64,000 bases of DNA from a virus. The stretch spans positions 5,952 to 69,951 of IMG/VR virus record IMGVR_UViG_3300035498_000724; one strand, 5' to 3'. Numbering within the stretch: position 1 is the stretch's first letter; each line of letters begins with the position of its first letter. Below are positions 21,618 through 31,481 of the stretch, in pieces. The position numbers and the translations under genes were made by a program. Below the pieces are notes generated by a model. It did no database searches, was not told the origin of the DNA, and was given only the letters and a program-made list of their open reading frames with translations.

Positions 21618-22170
21618 TCATATTACCAGCTAATACAGCTTTGCCTTCTTCTAAAGATTTTTTGCAAGAAATCCAACGTTGATTGTCTGAACCCGCCCAT
21701 TTAAGTTTTAAGTTCTTTTTTTCTTCAACGAATTGACCACAAACTATATAATCTACATAATTTAATATTTCTCTTTTGTGTAAGTCATTGTAAATGTCTT
21801 CAAATTCATAGCCTGACCAAAGCCATATGTTTTTATCTTTTGTCGTTGCATTTATTTTGAATGCTATAGCAATTTCTTTTACCGTATCAAAGTTTTCATC
21901 GCATAAAGGTTCTCCTCCTAAGATAGACAACCCTTTAATTTTGTCATCAGAGCATAAACCAATTAGAGTCTTAAGGGTTTCAGGAGTAAATTCCTTACCG
22001 CCCTCAAAATTCCAAGTTTCTGGATTGAAACAACCTTTACAATGAAAATGACAACCTTGTACGAATATAGATACTCTGACACCAGAGCCATTTGAAATAT
22101 CCATTTTTCGTATTTTGTTATATCTCATAGTTATTTCTCCTTTACAAAATGACCGCAACACCAATCCCAA
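21610..22170 (-). CDS. nrdG: anaerobic ribonucleotide reductase activating protein (radical SAM)
   Basis: CxxxCxxC motif (GCHFHCKGCFN). 186 aa. Adjacent to nrdD. Confidence 0.8.
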   Translation of the reverse strand: MGLVLRSFCKGEITMRYNKIRKMDISNGSGVRVSIFVQGCHFHCKGCFNPETWNFEGGKEFTPETLKTLIGLCSDDKIKGLSILGGEPLCDENFDTVKEIAIAFKINATTKDKNIWLWSGYEFEDIYNDLHKREILNYVDYIVCGQFVEEKKNLKLKWAGSDNQRWISCKKSLEEGKAVLAGNMID

Positions 22171-22436
22171 TAATCATACTTTTCTCTAACGTCATCTTTA
22201 TAATATTCTAGTTTAGATGGGATATATTCAAACACTTTTTCTATTGTTGAACCATTAGAAGATTTATATGTAAATCTTTTAATTCCGTGTTTATATATAA
22301 ACTCTTCCATTTGCCATTTTTTTGCAAATTTTAAATAAAAAACGTCAGTAGAAAGGTTGTTATAATAAAGGTAATAGGCTTTATCTTTATGTTCAGTAAG
22401 TGGTTTAAAATCACTTCTCATAATAATTTCAGCCAT
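22131..22436 (-). CDS. hypothetical protein
   Basis: 101 aa. Confidence 0.35.
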   Translation of the reverse strand: MAEIIMRSDFKPLTEHKDKAYYLYYNNLSTDVFYLKFAKKWQMEEFIYKHGIKRFTYKSSNGSTIEKVFEYIPSKLEYYKDDVREKYDYWDWCCGHFVKEK

Positions 22437-22438
22437 TT

Positions 22439-24630
22439 CTATTCCTCCAAATCAAAATTATCTATATGTAACACTCTTTCTTTGATTTCTTCTGTTCTTC
22501 CTTTGTTCCAGAAATTAGTTCCAATATATCCACAAGTACGTCTTGCAACGTTCATTTTAGCGTGGTCTCTATTTCCACAATTTGGACAATACCATTCCAT
22601 ATCATCGTCTATTAGAATTTCTCCATCATAACCACAAACTTGACAATAATCTGATTTAGTATTTAATTCTGCATACATAATATTGTTATATATGAATTTA
22701 ATAACTTCAAGAACAGCTTCTGTGTTGTTTGTTAAATTAGGAGTTTCTACATAACTGATTGCTCCACCGTGGACTTAATCTTTGGAATTCACTTTCTAAA
22801 GCAAGCTTATCAAAAGCGTCTATTTGTTCAAATACTGGAACGTGGTAAGAATTTGTTATGTAATCTCTATCAGTAATTCCTTCTATCTCACCAAATCTAT
22901 TTTTTAAGCATTTAGCAAATTTGTAAGTTGTACTTTCAATAGGAGTTCCATATACAGAATAGTCAATATTTTCTTCTGCTTTCCATTTAGCACAAGCATC
23001 GTTTAAATGTTGCATTACTTGTAAACCAAATTCTTTTCCATCTCCTGTATGGCTAGCACCTGTCATATATTTAACGCATTCATATAAACCTGCATATCCT
23101 AAAGATAAAGTACAATATCCATTGTGTAATAGAGGTTTAATGCTTTCCCCTTTATCTAAACGAGCAAATGCTCCATTTTGCCAAAGTAATGGTGCTGCAT
23201 CAGATGTAATAATGCTCATTCTTTGATATCTTGCTTGCATTGCTTTGTGACAAAGTTCTAATCTTTCATCAAATATCTTCCAGAACTCATCCATATCTTT
23301 TCCAGATGATAAAGCAATATCTGGTAAATTGATAGTTACTACACCAATATTAAATCTACCATAATATTTTCCTTTACCTTCTACATAATCTAATGCTTTA
23401 GAAGGATTCCCTTCTGTATGCCAAGGCGTTAAGAAACTTCTGCAACCGCATACAAGGGAATGTATCTCCATCTCCATATTGATTAACTTTGTTTTGTTTC
23501 ATTATTTTTTCAGATATGTAATCTGGAACCATTCTTTTAGCGGTACATTTAGCAGCTAGTTCTGTTAAGTACCAATATTTTCCATCTTCTGTTATATTGT
23601 CTTCTTCAAGAACATAAAGTAATTTAGGGAATGCTGGTGTAATATAAACACCCTTTTCATTTTTAAATCCTTGAATTCTTTGGTTCAAGAATTCTTCAAT
23701 AATCATTGCTAATTCATCTTTGTATTCTTCTGTTTCTCCTAAGTATAAACAAACTGATAAGAAAGGTGCTTGACCATTGGTATTAGTCATTGAGTTTACT
23801 TGATAGTTGAATGTTTGAACTCCATCAGCTACTTCTTTCTTAGTGTCTCTTAATGCGTATTCTTTCGCTTTATCTTCTGACAAATCCCAACTTAAATATT
23901 TAGTTAAGAATTTATTATAACTATCTCTTACAAATGGAGCTAAATGGCTCATTGTTACAGTACATCCTCCATATTGACTAGAAGATACACCTAGAATAAT
24001 TTGAGTTGCTATTGTCATAGCAGTAATAAATCTATGAGGTTTTTCAATCATTACTCCATTTATTACTGTTCCATTTTGTAACATATCATTTAAGTTAATT
24101 AAGCAACAGTTATTTAATGTTTTTTGAGCAAAATAATCTGCATCGTGAAAATGAATTATTCCCTCATCGTGAGCCTTTACTACATCTTCTGGTAGTAAAA
24201 ATCTTCTTGTTATATCAGTACTTGTAATTCCTGCTAAATAATCTCTTTGAGTAGTTACTATTTTTGCATTTTTGTTTGAATTTTCATTATTCCAGTAATC
24301 ACTTGTACCATCTATTAATTCTTTGATGCTTAAATCTGTTGTATTAGATTGTCTAACCATAGCTCTTTTTTCTCTATAAAGAATATAAGCTTTTGCTAAA
24401 TCATATTTATCTGCTTCCATTAACTTTTTTTCTACAGCATCTTGAATTTCTTCAACACTTAATTTATTTTTATCTATTTCTTCAATCTCTTTAGCAATTT
24501 CTTTAGCTAATTTTACAGAAGCTTTTTGTCTGCCTTGAACATCTTTGTTTGCTTTAAATATAGCTTCTTCTATTCTACTTTTATCAAAATCCACAATTTT
24601 ACCATTTCTTTTAATTACACTTGAAATCAT
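22439..24630 (-). CDS. nrdD: anaerobic ribonucleoside-triphosphate reductase NrdD, interrupted by two +1 frameshifts (3 ORF fragments)
   Basis: The fragments carry the ATP-cone N-terminus (VIKRNGKIVDFDKSRIEEAIFKA), CMGCRSFLTPW (restored by deleting a C at 23445-23451), and the C-terminal Zn ribbon plus glycyl-radical motif (CQVCGY...CPNCG...RTCGYIG). Deleting one nucleotide at CCGTGG 22767-22772 joins the last two fragments (..SPGGAISYVETPNL..). Confidence 0.8.
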
Positions 24631-24680
24631 AACTATTTTCCTTTCTTGTATATCTTTTTAAAGTATCTAAAATCGTAAAA

Positions 24681-25391
24681 TTATTTCTTTTTTGTTTTAG
24701 TTTCTTCTTTTGTTTCTTCTTCAACAGATTCTTCTACTTCTTCTTTGGCTTCTTCTGTATTCTCTACTGTTTCTGTTTCAATTTCTTCAGTTACTTCTTC
24801 AACGTTTTCTTCAACTATAGGTTCTTCTATAATTTCTTCAGTTGTGTCCTCCACAATTATTTCTTCTTCATCTGATATTTCACCTTTTAATGATTTTACA
24901 TCTTTTTCTAAGTCTGGAACAATTTTGTTAACAGTTTCTTCAATAGTTTTTTCTTTTTCTGATTCAGTATTTCTATTTTTTAAACCCTCATCAAGTATTG
25001 CATTTGAATCTGTTTCTAAGTTTGTACCATCTTCTATTTCTCTTACTTGTCTTACTATAGACTCTCTTTTAGCTTCTAATACAAGGTATTCTTGTTGAGT
25101 CATTGATGTTGGAATTCCTAATGCAGTTTCTCTAATATGTCTTAATACTTTATAATCTGTATCAGATATTTGTTTCTTTAAATCATAAATTTTAGTTTCT
25201 GCTCTTAGGTTACTTTCAAGTCTTTGAACTTTATTACCATCAAGAACTAATTTAGTACCATCATATCCTAATTTGTAGCAAGAGATGTATTTCATATCAA
25301 TATCATCATCTGGTAATTCAGTAGAATTTGGTAAATCACCTACTTTTACAAGCATTTCAACATAACCATCTTGGTCAAAAGTTACTTTCAT
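24681..25391 (-). CDS. hypothetical acidic protein
   Basis: 236 aa with a Glu-rich C-terminus. Confidence 0.35.
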   Translation of the reverse strand: MKVTFDQDGYVEMLVKVGDLPNSTELPDDDIDMKYISCYKLGYDGTKLVLDGNKVQRLESNLRAETKIYDLKKQISDTDYKVLRHIRETALGIPTSMTQQEYLVLEAKRESIVRQVREIEDGTNLETDSNAILDEGLKNRNTESEKEKTIEETVNKIVPDLEKDVKSLKGEISDEEEIIVEDTTEEIIEEPIVEENVEEVTEEIETETVENTEEAKEEVEESVEEETKEETKTKKK

Positions 25392-25647
25392 TTGTAACCC
25401 TCCTTTCTTTTATTTTTTCATTTTTATATATAACGATTACTCGTTACTAGCATTGTTGTCTTCTGCTTCTTTTGCAGTCTTTATCATTTGTTCAGTAATT
25501 CTAGCTGCTTGCTCTTCTCTAATTTCTTCTTCTGTTTTAAATCTATATTTGCTAAGTGGCATCGTTCTTTTCATACCATTCTTTTTCATTTCTGATTTTA
25601 ATTTATTTCTTTGAACTTTTCTTACAAATCCACTCATTTTAAGCCTC

Positions 25648-26370
25648 CTATTTTCCGCTACTTCCTAAACTTCCAGTCCCTCTTTTTGAAGGAATTTCTT
25701 TTAGTTCATCATAATTTATTTCTTCTGTTGGAAGATTGTCAACTTGATGTAAAACTAATTGTGCAATAGCCTTTGTTTCTGGATAAAAAATAGCATCTGA
25801 AATATTTTTAATTAATGTTTCATTATTTTCTGGACTTTTAATATCACGATAAATACTTTTAATAACCATTAATTTTTCTTCATCTGTTAATTTGTCGTAT
25901 TCATCTTGATATTGGTCTCTTAAGAATTTTTCCATATCTGCTTTATCTTGCTCTGTTAAGTTATCTACATCAGCAGATTGCCATTTTTGTAATTCATTAA
26001 GAGCTTCTTTTAAATAATTATCTTTATCTCCAAATACTAAATATCTATCATTAACATTAGAGATGGCGATAAATATTTCCCCTCTATATCCTGAATCAAC
26101 TACACCTGCGCTCTTTTTAATTCCTTTGCTACCTGTACTTCCTCTTTCTTCAACTTGGAAATAATAGTTAGTAGGTAAAGCGCAAGCTATTCCTGTAGGA
26201 ATAAGTTTTGTATGATGAGGTTTAATAATCTTATCTTTTTTTTCAACTCCATCCCAACAAGCATAAATGTCAAATCCTGCATTTTCTTCTTCTTTTGATG
26301 GGATAATTGCGCTGTCTTTAACTTTTGCAAAAAGTATCTTTGGTGTTACTTCTCCTGTTTCATTACTCAT
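25648..26370 (-). CDS. dut: dUTPase with C-terminal extension
   Basis: dUTPase motifs AGFDIYA, ERGSTGSKG and GVVDSGYRGEIFIAI are present. 240 aa. Confidence 0.7.
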   Translation of the reverse strand: MSNETGEVTPKILFAKVKDSAIIPSKEEENAGFDIYACWDGVEKKDKIIKPHHTKLIPTGIACALPTNYYFQVEERGSTGSKGIKKSAGVVDSGYRGEIFIAISNVNDRYLVFGDKDNYLKEALNELQKWQSADVDNLTEQDKADMEKFLRDQYQDEYDKLTDEEKLMVIKSIYRDIKSPENNETLIKNISDAIFYPETKAIAQLVLHQVDNLPTEEINYDELKEIPSKRGTGSLGSSGK

Positions 26371-26653
26371 CTATGTCATCCTCCTCTTTATGTTCACACA
26401 TTCCACAATGGTGACAAGTAGTTGTCTTAACATTCTCAATTCCCATTTTATCTAGCCAAATAGTTTTGTGGAAATTAACTAATTCGTAACAATCAGGATA
26501 TTCTTCATTAAATCCGTATAGGTCTTCTAATGCTGCGCTTTTATCTGTATAGACCATTGCTTCGTCAATTTCATCAACAAAGTCTGTGTCTTTTCCGTAG
26601 AAACGCATATCTTCTTTGTTCATTATTACATATCCATTTTCTTCAACGTACAT
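26363..26653 (-). CDS. hypothetical protein (CHHCGMCEH Cys/His cluster)
   Basis: 96 aa. Confidence 0.3.
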   Translation of the reverse strand: MYVEENGYVIMNKEDMRFYGKDTDFVDEIDEAMVYTDKSAALEDLYGFNEEYPDCYELVNFHKTIWLDKMGIENVKTTTCHHCGMCEHKEEDDIDE

Positions 26654-26763
26654 ATTTATCCTCCTAATATAAAAGTCTTGAAATTCATAAACTATTATGT
26701 TATGTTACAATATCTTTACTGGGCAATCACATAGTCCAAGACAAGAAATTGTAAAGACGAATT

Positions 26764-27213
26764 TTAATCGTCATATTGTGAGAATCCGTCATAAATAGTT
26801 TCAAGTTGTTTAGCTCCTTGTTTTTCTCTAGCTGTTTGAATCTTTTCATTTTCTTTTAAGATTTTCATTTGCTCTTTTGTTTCAGCTTTTTCTTCGTCAT
26901 CTTCTAAAGTTTCTTCTGGAGCTGCCATATCTGCAAATCCTATAATGTCATATACTTCATATTCTGGTAATCTTTTCATTACTGTTACAGCAATGTTTGT
27001 GTCGTAGTCATAAACAAAAGCAAATACTTTTTGTCCTTCATATTTTTCTCTGTGACTTGCTAAATAGTCTGTAACTTCTTTTTTAACTTCCTTTAAATCT
27101 AAAGAACAAGGATTGCCATTAGCATCTGTAAAGTTCTTATATTTTTTATTAAAAGAAATTACAACTTTTTTGTCAATCTCTACAACAATATCTTTTTTAT
27201 CTAAAATCTCCAT
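26764..27213 (-). CDS. hypothetical protein
   Basis: 149 aa. Confidence 0.35.
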   Translation of the reverse strand: MEILDKKDIVVEIDKKVVISFNKKYKNFTDANGNPCSLDLKEVKKEVTDYLASHREKYEGQKVFAFVYDYDTNIAVTVMKRLPEYEVYDIIGFADMAAPEETLEDDEEKAETKEQMKILKENEKIQTAREKQGAKQLETIYDGFSQYDD

Positions 27214-27233
27214 AGTATTACCCTCCTAAATTA

Positions 27234-27587
27234 CTATTTACTTTTCTTTTTTAGTTTAGATTCTTTATCTACGTTATCAAACATTTGAGAGACTTCTTTA
27301 TTGATTCCATTCATTAAATCAACAAATTCAGTAAGAGTTAATTTTCCATCCTTGCTTAATTTTGCTTTCTCTCTTGACATTTCTTTAATAAGAGATGTTC
27401 CTAAATGTTCCCAAGTTGAATAGTATCCTAAAACTCTTAAACCTTCTTTTTGTTCTTCTTTTGATAAATCCTTATCATCAGCAGAAATCTTTTTTCGAAG
27501 AATTAAACATCTTGAATCAAGAGTTACTTGATAAGTATCATTTAGAACTACTACTGGGTCTGGGACTGTTGTTTTCTTTCCAGCCAT
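27234..27587 (-). CDS. hypothetical protein
   Basis: 117 aa. RBS AAAGGAGG. Two operator-like palindrome copies lie upstream (27619-27669). Confidence 0.35.
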   Translation of the reverse strand: MAGKKTTVPDPVVVLNDTYQVTLDSRCLILRKKISADDKDLSKEEQKEGLRVLGYYSTWEHLGTSLIKEMSREKAKLSKDGKLTLTEFVDLMNGINKEVSQMFDNVDKESKLKKKSK

Positions 27588-27776
27588 ATCTAAAATCCTC
27601 CTTTTGTTGAGAATGATTTTGACAACTAATTGTCAGTTTGGGTAACATAAATTGACAACTATTTGTCAACTTCGCATATTTTTTTAGGAGAAATCTCTCC
27701 TAAATTTGTGTCTATATATATTATACCATACTTTTTTTCAGATGTCAAGTTAGGTGTAATTCAGTCATATCAACGA

Positions 27777-28940
27777 TTATATGGATTCAGAAAGTTGTTT
27801 TTGAAGTGATATTCCGTCTTTTAATGTTTGAACTATATAATCTATATCTTCATCTGGAATAGGATGTTTAAATGAAAATCTTAATGAAGATAATGCTTCA
27901 TCATCTGTTAAACCTATTGCTTTTAGAACGTGTGATGGACTATCACTATCTGAATGACAAGCTGAACCAGCGCTAACATATATATCATTATTGTCAAGAT
28001 ATAACAATAAGTTTTGAGCATTAATTCCATTAAATCTAATATTAATTACTCCATAAGCTCTATTGCTATTTAATGATAAATTTAATTTTGCTTCTTTTAT
28101 TTCTGAAAGAATTTTTCCTATAAATTTAGAATCAAATTCAAACATTTCTCTTTGCTTATTATCAAAATCTTGATATGTCATTTCTAGTGCTTTTGTAATT
28201 CCCATAATATATGGAACATTTTCAGTACCATTTCTTAATCCTGATTCCTGTCCTCCACCATCTATTATTGGATTACATTCAATTCCTTTTTTAAGATAGA
28301 ATATTCCAATTCCTTTTGGAGCTCCAAATTTATGACCAGATAATGACATACTGTCCACTCCTAATTTCTTAACGTCTAAAGAAACTTTTCCTACTGCCTG
28401 AACAGCATCTGTATGAATTATTATGTTTGGAACTAATTCTCTAAGATAATTCGCTAATTCTCTAATAGGTTGAATAGCTCCTGTTTCATTATTAACTAAC
28501 ATTACAGTTGCATAAATTGGTTTTTCTTTTTGAATTAAAGAACTAAGTTCTTTAACTCTATACATATCTATAGCACCTTCATCATTAACTGGTAATGTAA
28601 TTTGTATTGCACCTAATTTATGAATTGCTTTACAAGCATTTAAGACTGCTGGATGTTCTATTGGAGAAGTGATTATTGTAGAATTTTCTTTAAAGCATCC
28701 TTTAATAAATAAGTTATCACTTTCACTTCCACCACTTGTAAAGTAAACTTCTTCAGGCTCACAATTTAATATTTGTGCAACTCTTAATCTAGCAACTTCT
28801 ATATGTTGCTTTGCAATTCTACCTCTAGCATAGATTGAAGATGGGTTACCCCAAACATCTTTGAAATATGTTTCCATCTCCTCTATTACTTCTGGATAGA
28901 CTGGAGTTGTTGCTGAATTATCACAATATATTTCTTTCAT
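27777..28940 (-). CDS. cysteine desulfurase (NifS/IscS-like class V aminotransferase)
   Basis: PLP-lysine motif SLSGHKFGAPKGIG and catalytic Cys loop SAGSACHS. 387 aa. Confidence 0.85.
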   Translation of the reverse strand: MKEIYCDNSATTPVYPEVIEEMETYFKDVWGNPSSIYARGRIAKQHIEVARLRVAQILNCEPEEVYFTSGGSESDNLFIKGCFKENSTIITSPIEHPAVLNACKAIHKLGAIQITLPVNDEGAIDMYRVKELSSLIQKEKPIYATVMLVNNETGAIQPIRELANYLRELVPNIIIHTDAVQAVGKVSLDVKKLGVDSMSLSGHKFGAPKGIGIFYLKKGIECNPIIDGGGQESGLRNGTENVPYIMGITKALEMTYQDFDNKQREMFEFDSKFIGKILSEIKEAKLNLSLNSNRAYGVINIRFNGINAQNLLLYLDNNDIYVSAGSACHSDSDSPSHVLKAIGLTDDEALSSLRFSFKHPIPDEDIDYIVQTLKDGISLQKQLSESI

Positions 28941-28970
28941 TTGATTAACTTCCTTTCTGTATTTCTTTAT

Positions 28971-31481
28971 TTAAAAAGATAAATCATCTGAATCGTCGTC
29001 AATGTCTTCTTTAATGATTTCTTCAGCTTCAACTTTATCTTCTTTATTATCAAAAGCTACACTTCCATTTATAAGTAATGGTAAAAATGTCTGACGAGCT
29101 AATACTTTATCTGTCATATAAGCCGTTATATAAGCGTTTGTTTGAAATACTACGAAGTTCATATCTTTTGCTCTTGTAACTGCTGTGTAGAATAATGTAC
29201 TATCTAATAATATTGTATGTCTAGTATCCATTACAAATATGACTGCTTTGTTTTCAGAACCTTGCATACTATGAACTGTTAAAGCATATGCTAAATCAAA
29301 ATTAGCAAGTTCTTTATCTCTAAATTGAACTATTCTGCCGTCATCAAATTTTACTAAGAAGCAACTTCTATCATCAGAAATATCAATTATGGTTCCTAGC
29401 TCTCCATTGAATACCATTTTCTCATAATCATTTTTTCTTCTAATTACTCGACATCCTAGTTTAAATACTCTTGGAGTTTTATCTTTATCTGGATAAGTTC
29501 CACTTATTATTGCAATATCTTCATCTTTTAGAAGTAATTCTTGTATCTCTTGATTAAAGCTATCAGTACAATTTATCATATTGCTTTTCATAGGGACAAT
29601 AATTGAAATGTCTTCAACAGCGATTGGAGTTTCTCCTCCAACTCCACCTCCATTTACTAATTCTTTATAAAGCATCATTACTTGTAAATGAATAGCATCA
29701 GCATTATATAGATTATAATAATGCATATCTCCTTTTTCTCCGTGTGTAACGTGTAAAGGTAGAGTTCCTGATGCGTCATAATCGTTTCCTACTGCAAATA
29801 CATCTATTTGTTGCCTAATATTATTTGCATCTATTTTTATTCCAGATTTTGCTGCCTGTCTATGAATCTTTGTTAATCTTTTAATACAGAAATTACTTGT
29901 TAATAAATCTTTTGCAACAGAACCTGCTCCAATAGCTGGTAACTGAGCATCATCAAATACTAAGATAACTTTCCCACCAGATTTTACAGCTCTTAATAAA
30001 GATAAGAATAGATTTACATTTATCATTGAACACTCGTCGACAATAACTATATCAAATGGCATAGGACATTCTTCGTTGTAAGTAAATCTTCCATCTTTAA
30101 ATCCTAGTAGTCTATGTATTGTGTAAGAATCCATTCCAGTTGTTTCTTTTATTCTTATTGCAGCCTTTGCAGCTAAAGCACAACATCCAATATATTTATC
30201 TTTCCAAAGTTCTATAATTCCTTTAATTGTTGTTGATTTACCAGCACCAGCGTGAGCAGTTAAAATAATTACATCATTATCTAACGTAGCTTGAATAGTA
30301 TCTACTTGCTCTTCTGTTAATTGTAAAGGTTCTCCTGCTTTAGCAGACATATAATCATTAGTTTTTTTAACTGCTTCTTCAAGAGTGTATTTTGGAATTA
30401 AATGTTCTCCATTTTTAATTCTATTAAGATGATATAGAATGCTTTTTTCAGCTCTAAAATATTTTGCAAGACCTATTCTTTCATCATCTACATAAAACAT
30501 TGAGCCACAACCTAAAGATTTTGTAAGTTGCCTTTCCTGTTCAAAATAATCTTTAACACATTTTTGACATTCTGGAACATTATCTCTTATTAAGTGAGCC
30601 ATACTATGTTTAACATCTGCTGGGTTATTAATTAAAATCCAAGTGTGACCACCATCTGAAGCGTCTGCTATATCCTCTAATGCAGTTTTACAAAATGAAA
30701 TTAAACGAGATACACTACTGACCATTTCTGGTTTAAGAGCTAATGCTAATTTGTCAACTCTTTTCCAACCAAATCTTGCTAAGTTCATTAAAACATAAGG
30801 GTCTTCTTTTATCTTTTTAAGAACGATTGATGGGCTATTTCCTATTTTGTTACCTCCACCTTCGAAATCTCCTAATTTAGTTATAGTATTTAAAGAGAAT
30901 TCTGGGAACTGACCTAAGGTAGCAATTAGTTCAACATAATCTCTATATTTTAAAACGTTCTTATGGATATTATCCATTGTTTCTTGTCTTTGTCCTTTTA
31001 GTCTAGGAAGTCTAAAGTTTTCGTCTTCAAATATTTTTTCAACAAAATCTGGACATTCTTTTTTAATAAGATTATATTGATTGTCTGTTACTAGAAACTT
31101 TAAGTATCTGTCTAAGTCATCACCTTGTTTTTGTTCCATTTCATATACGGCAACTATATTGTATTGATATTTATTATAGTCTTTATTTTCTTTTAACTTT
31201 GCTTTAAACTTATAACTTCTCATTGGAACGAGTTCTATTGTGTCACCAATTACTGTTCCTGTTGTTTTTTTAGTATATGGATTTAAGTCTAATTTTGGTA
31301 ATGGACTTTCTGTACTAAACACACATACGTTATAAGTAAGACTAGGGTCTTTAAAAGAAGGATTAGAGTAGACAACTCTATCTATGGTTCCTATAAAGTA
31401 ATATGTACCATTTGCATCTGGGATACCTTCTTCCATACATTCTTGAGCTGAATGCCCAATCCTTTTGTCTTCTAATTCCAT
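28971..31481 (-). CDS. RecD-like SF1 DNA helicase
   Basis: Walker A LTAHAGAGKSTT and Walker B IVIVDECSMIN. 836 aa with a long N-terminal extension. Confidence 0.65.
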   Translation of the reverse strand: MELEDKRIGHSAQECMEEGIPDANGTYYFIGTIDRVVYSNPSFKDPSLTYNVCVFSTESPLPKLDLNPYTKKTTGTVIGDTIELVPMRSYKFKAKLKENKDYNKYQYNIVAVYEMEQKQGDDLDRYLKFLVTDNQYNLIKKECPDFVEKIFEDENFRLPRLKGQRQETMDNIHKNVLKYRDYVELIATLGQFPEFSLNTITKLGDFEGGGNKIGNSPSIVLKKIKEDPYVLMNLARFGWKRVDKLALALKPEMVSSVSRLISFCKTALEDIADASDGGHTWILINNPADVKHSMAHLIRDNVPECQKCVKDYFEQERQLTKSLGCGSMFYVDDERIGLAKYFRAEKSILYHLNRIKNGEHLIPKYTLEEAVKKTNDYMSAKAGEPLQLTEEQVDTIQATLDNDVIILTAHAGAGKSTTIKGIIELWKDKYIGCCALAAKAAIRIKETTGMDSYTIHRLLGFKDGRFTYNEECPMPFDIVIVDECSMINVNLFLSLLRAVKSGGKVILVFDDAQLPAIGAGSVAKDLLTSNFCIKRLTKIHRQAAKSGIKIDANNIRQQIDVFAVGNDYDASGTLPLHVTHGEKGDMHYYNLYNADAIHLQVMMLYKELVNGGGVGGETPIAVEDISIIVPMKSNMINCTDSFNQEIQELLLKDEDIAIISGTYPDKDKTPRVFKLGCRVIRRKNDYEKMVFNGELGTIIDISDDRSCFLVKFDDGRIVQFRDKELANFDLAYALTVHSMQGSENKAVIFVMDTRHTILLDSTLFYTAVTRAKDMNFVVFQTNAYITAYMTDKVLARQTFLPLLINGSVAFDNKEDKVEAEEIIKEDIDDDSDDLSF

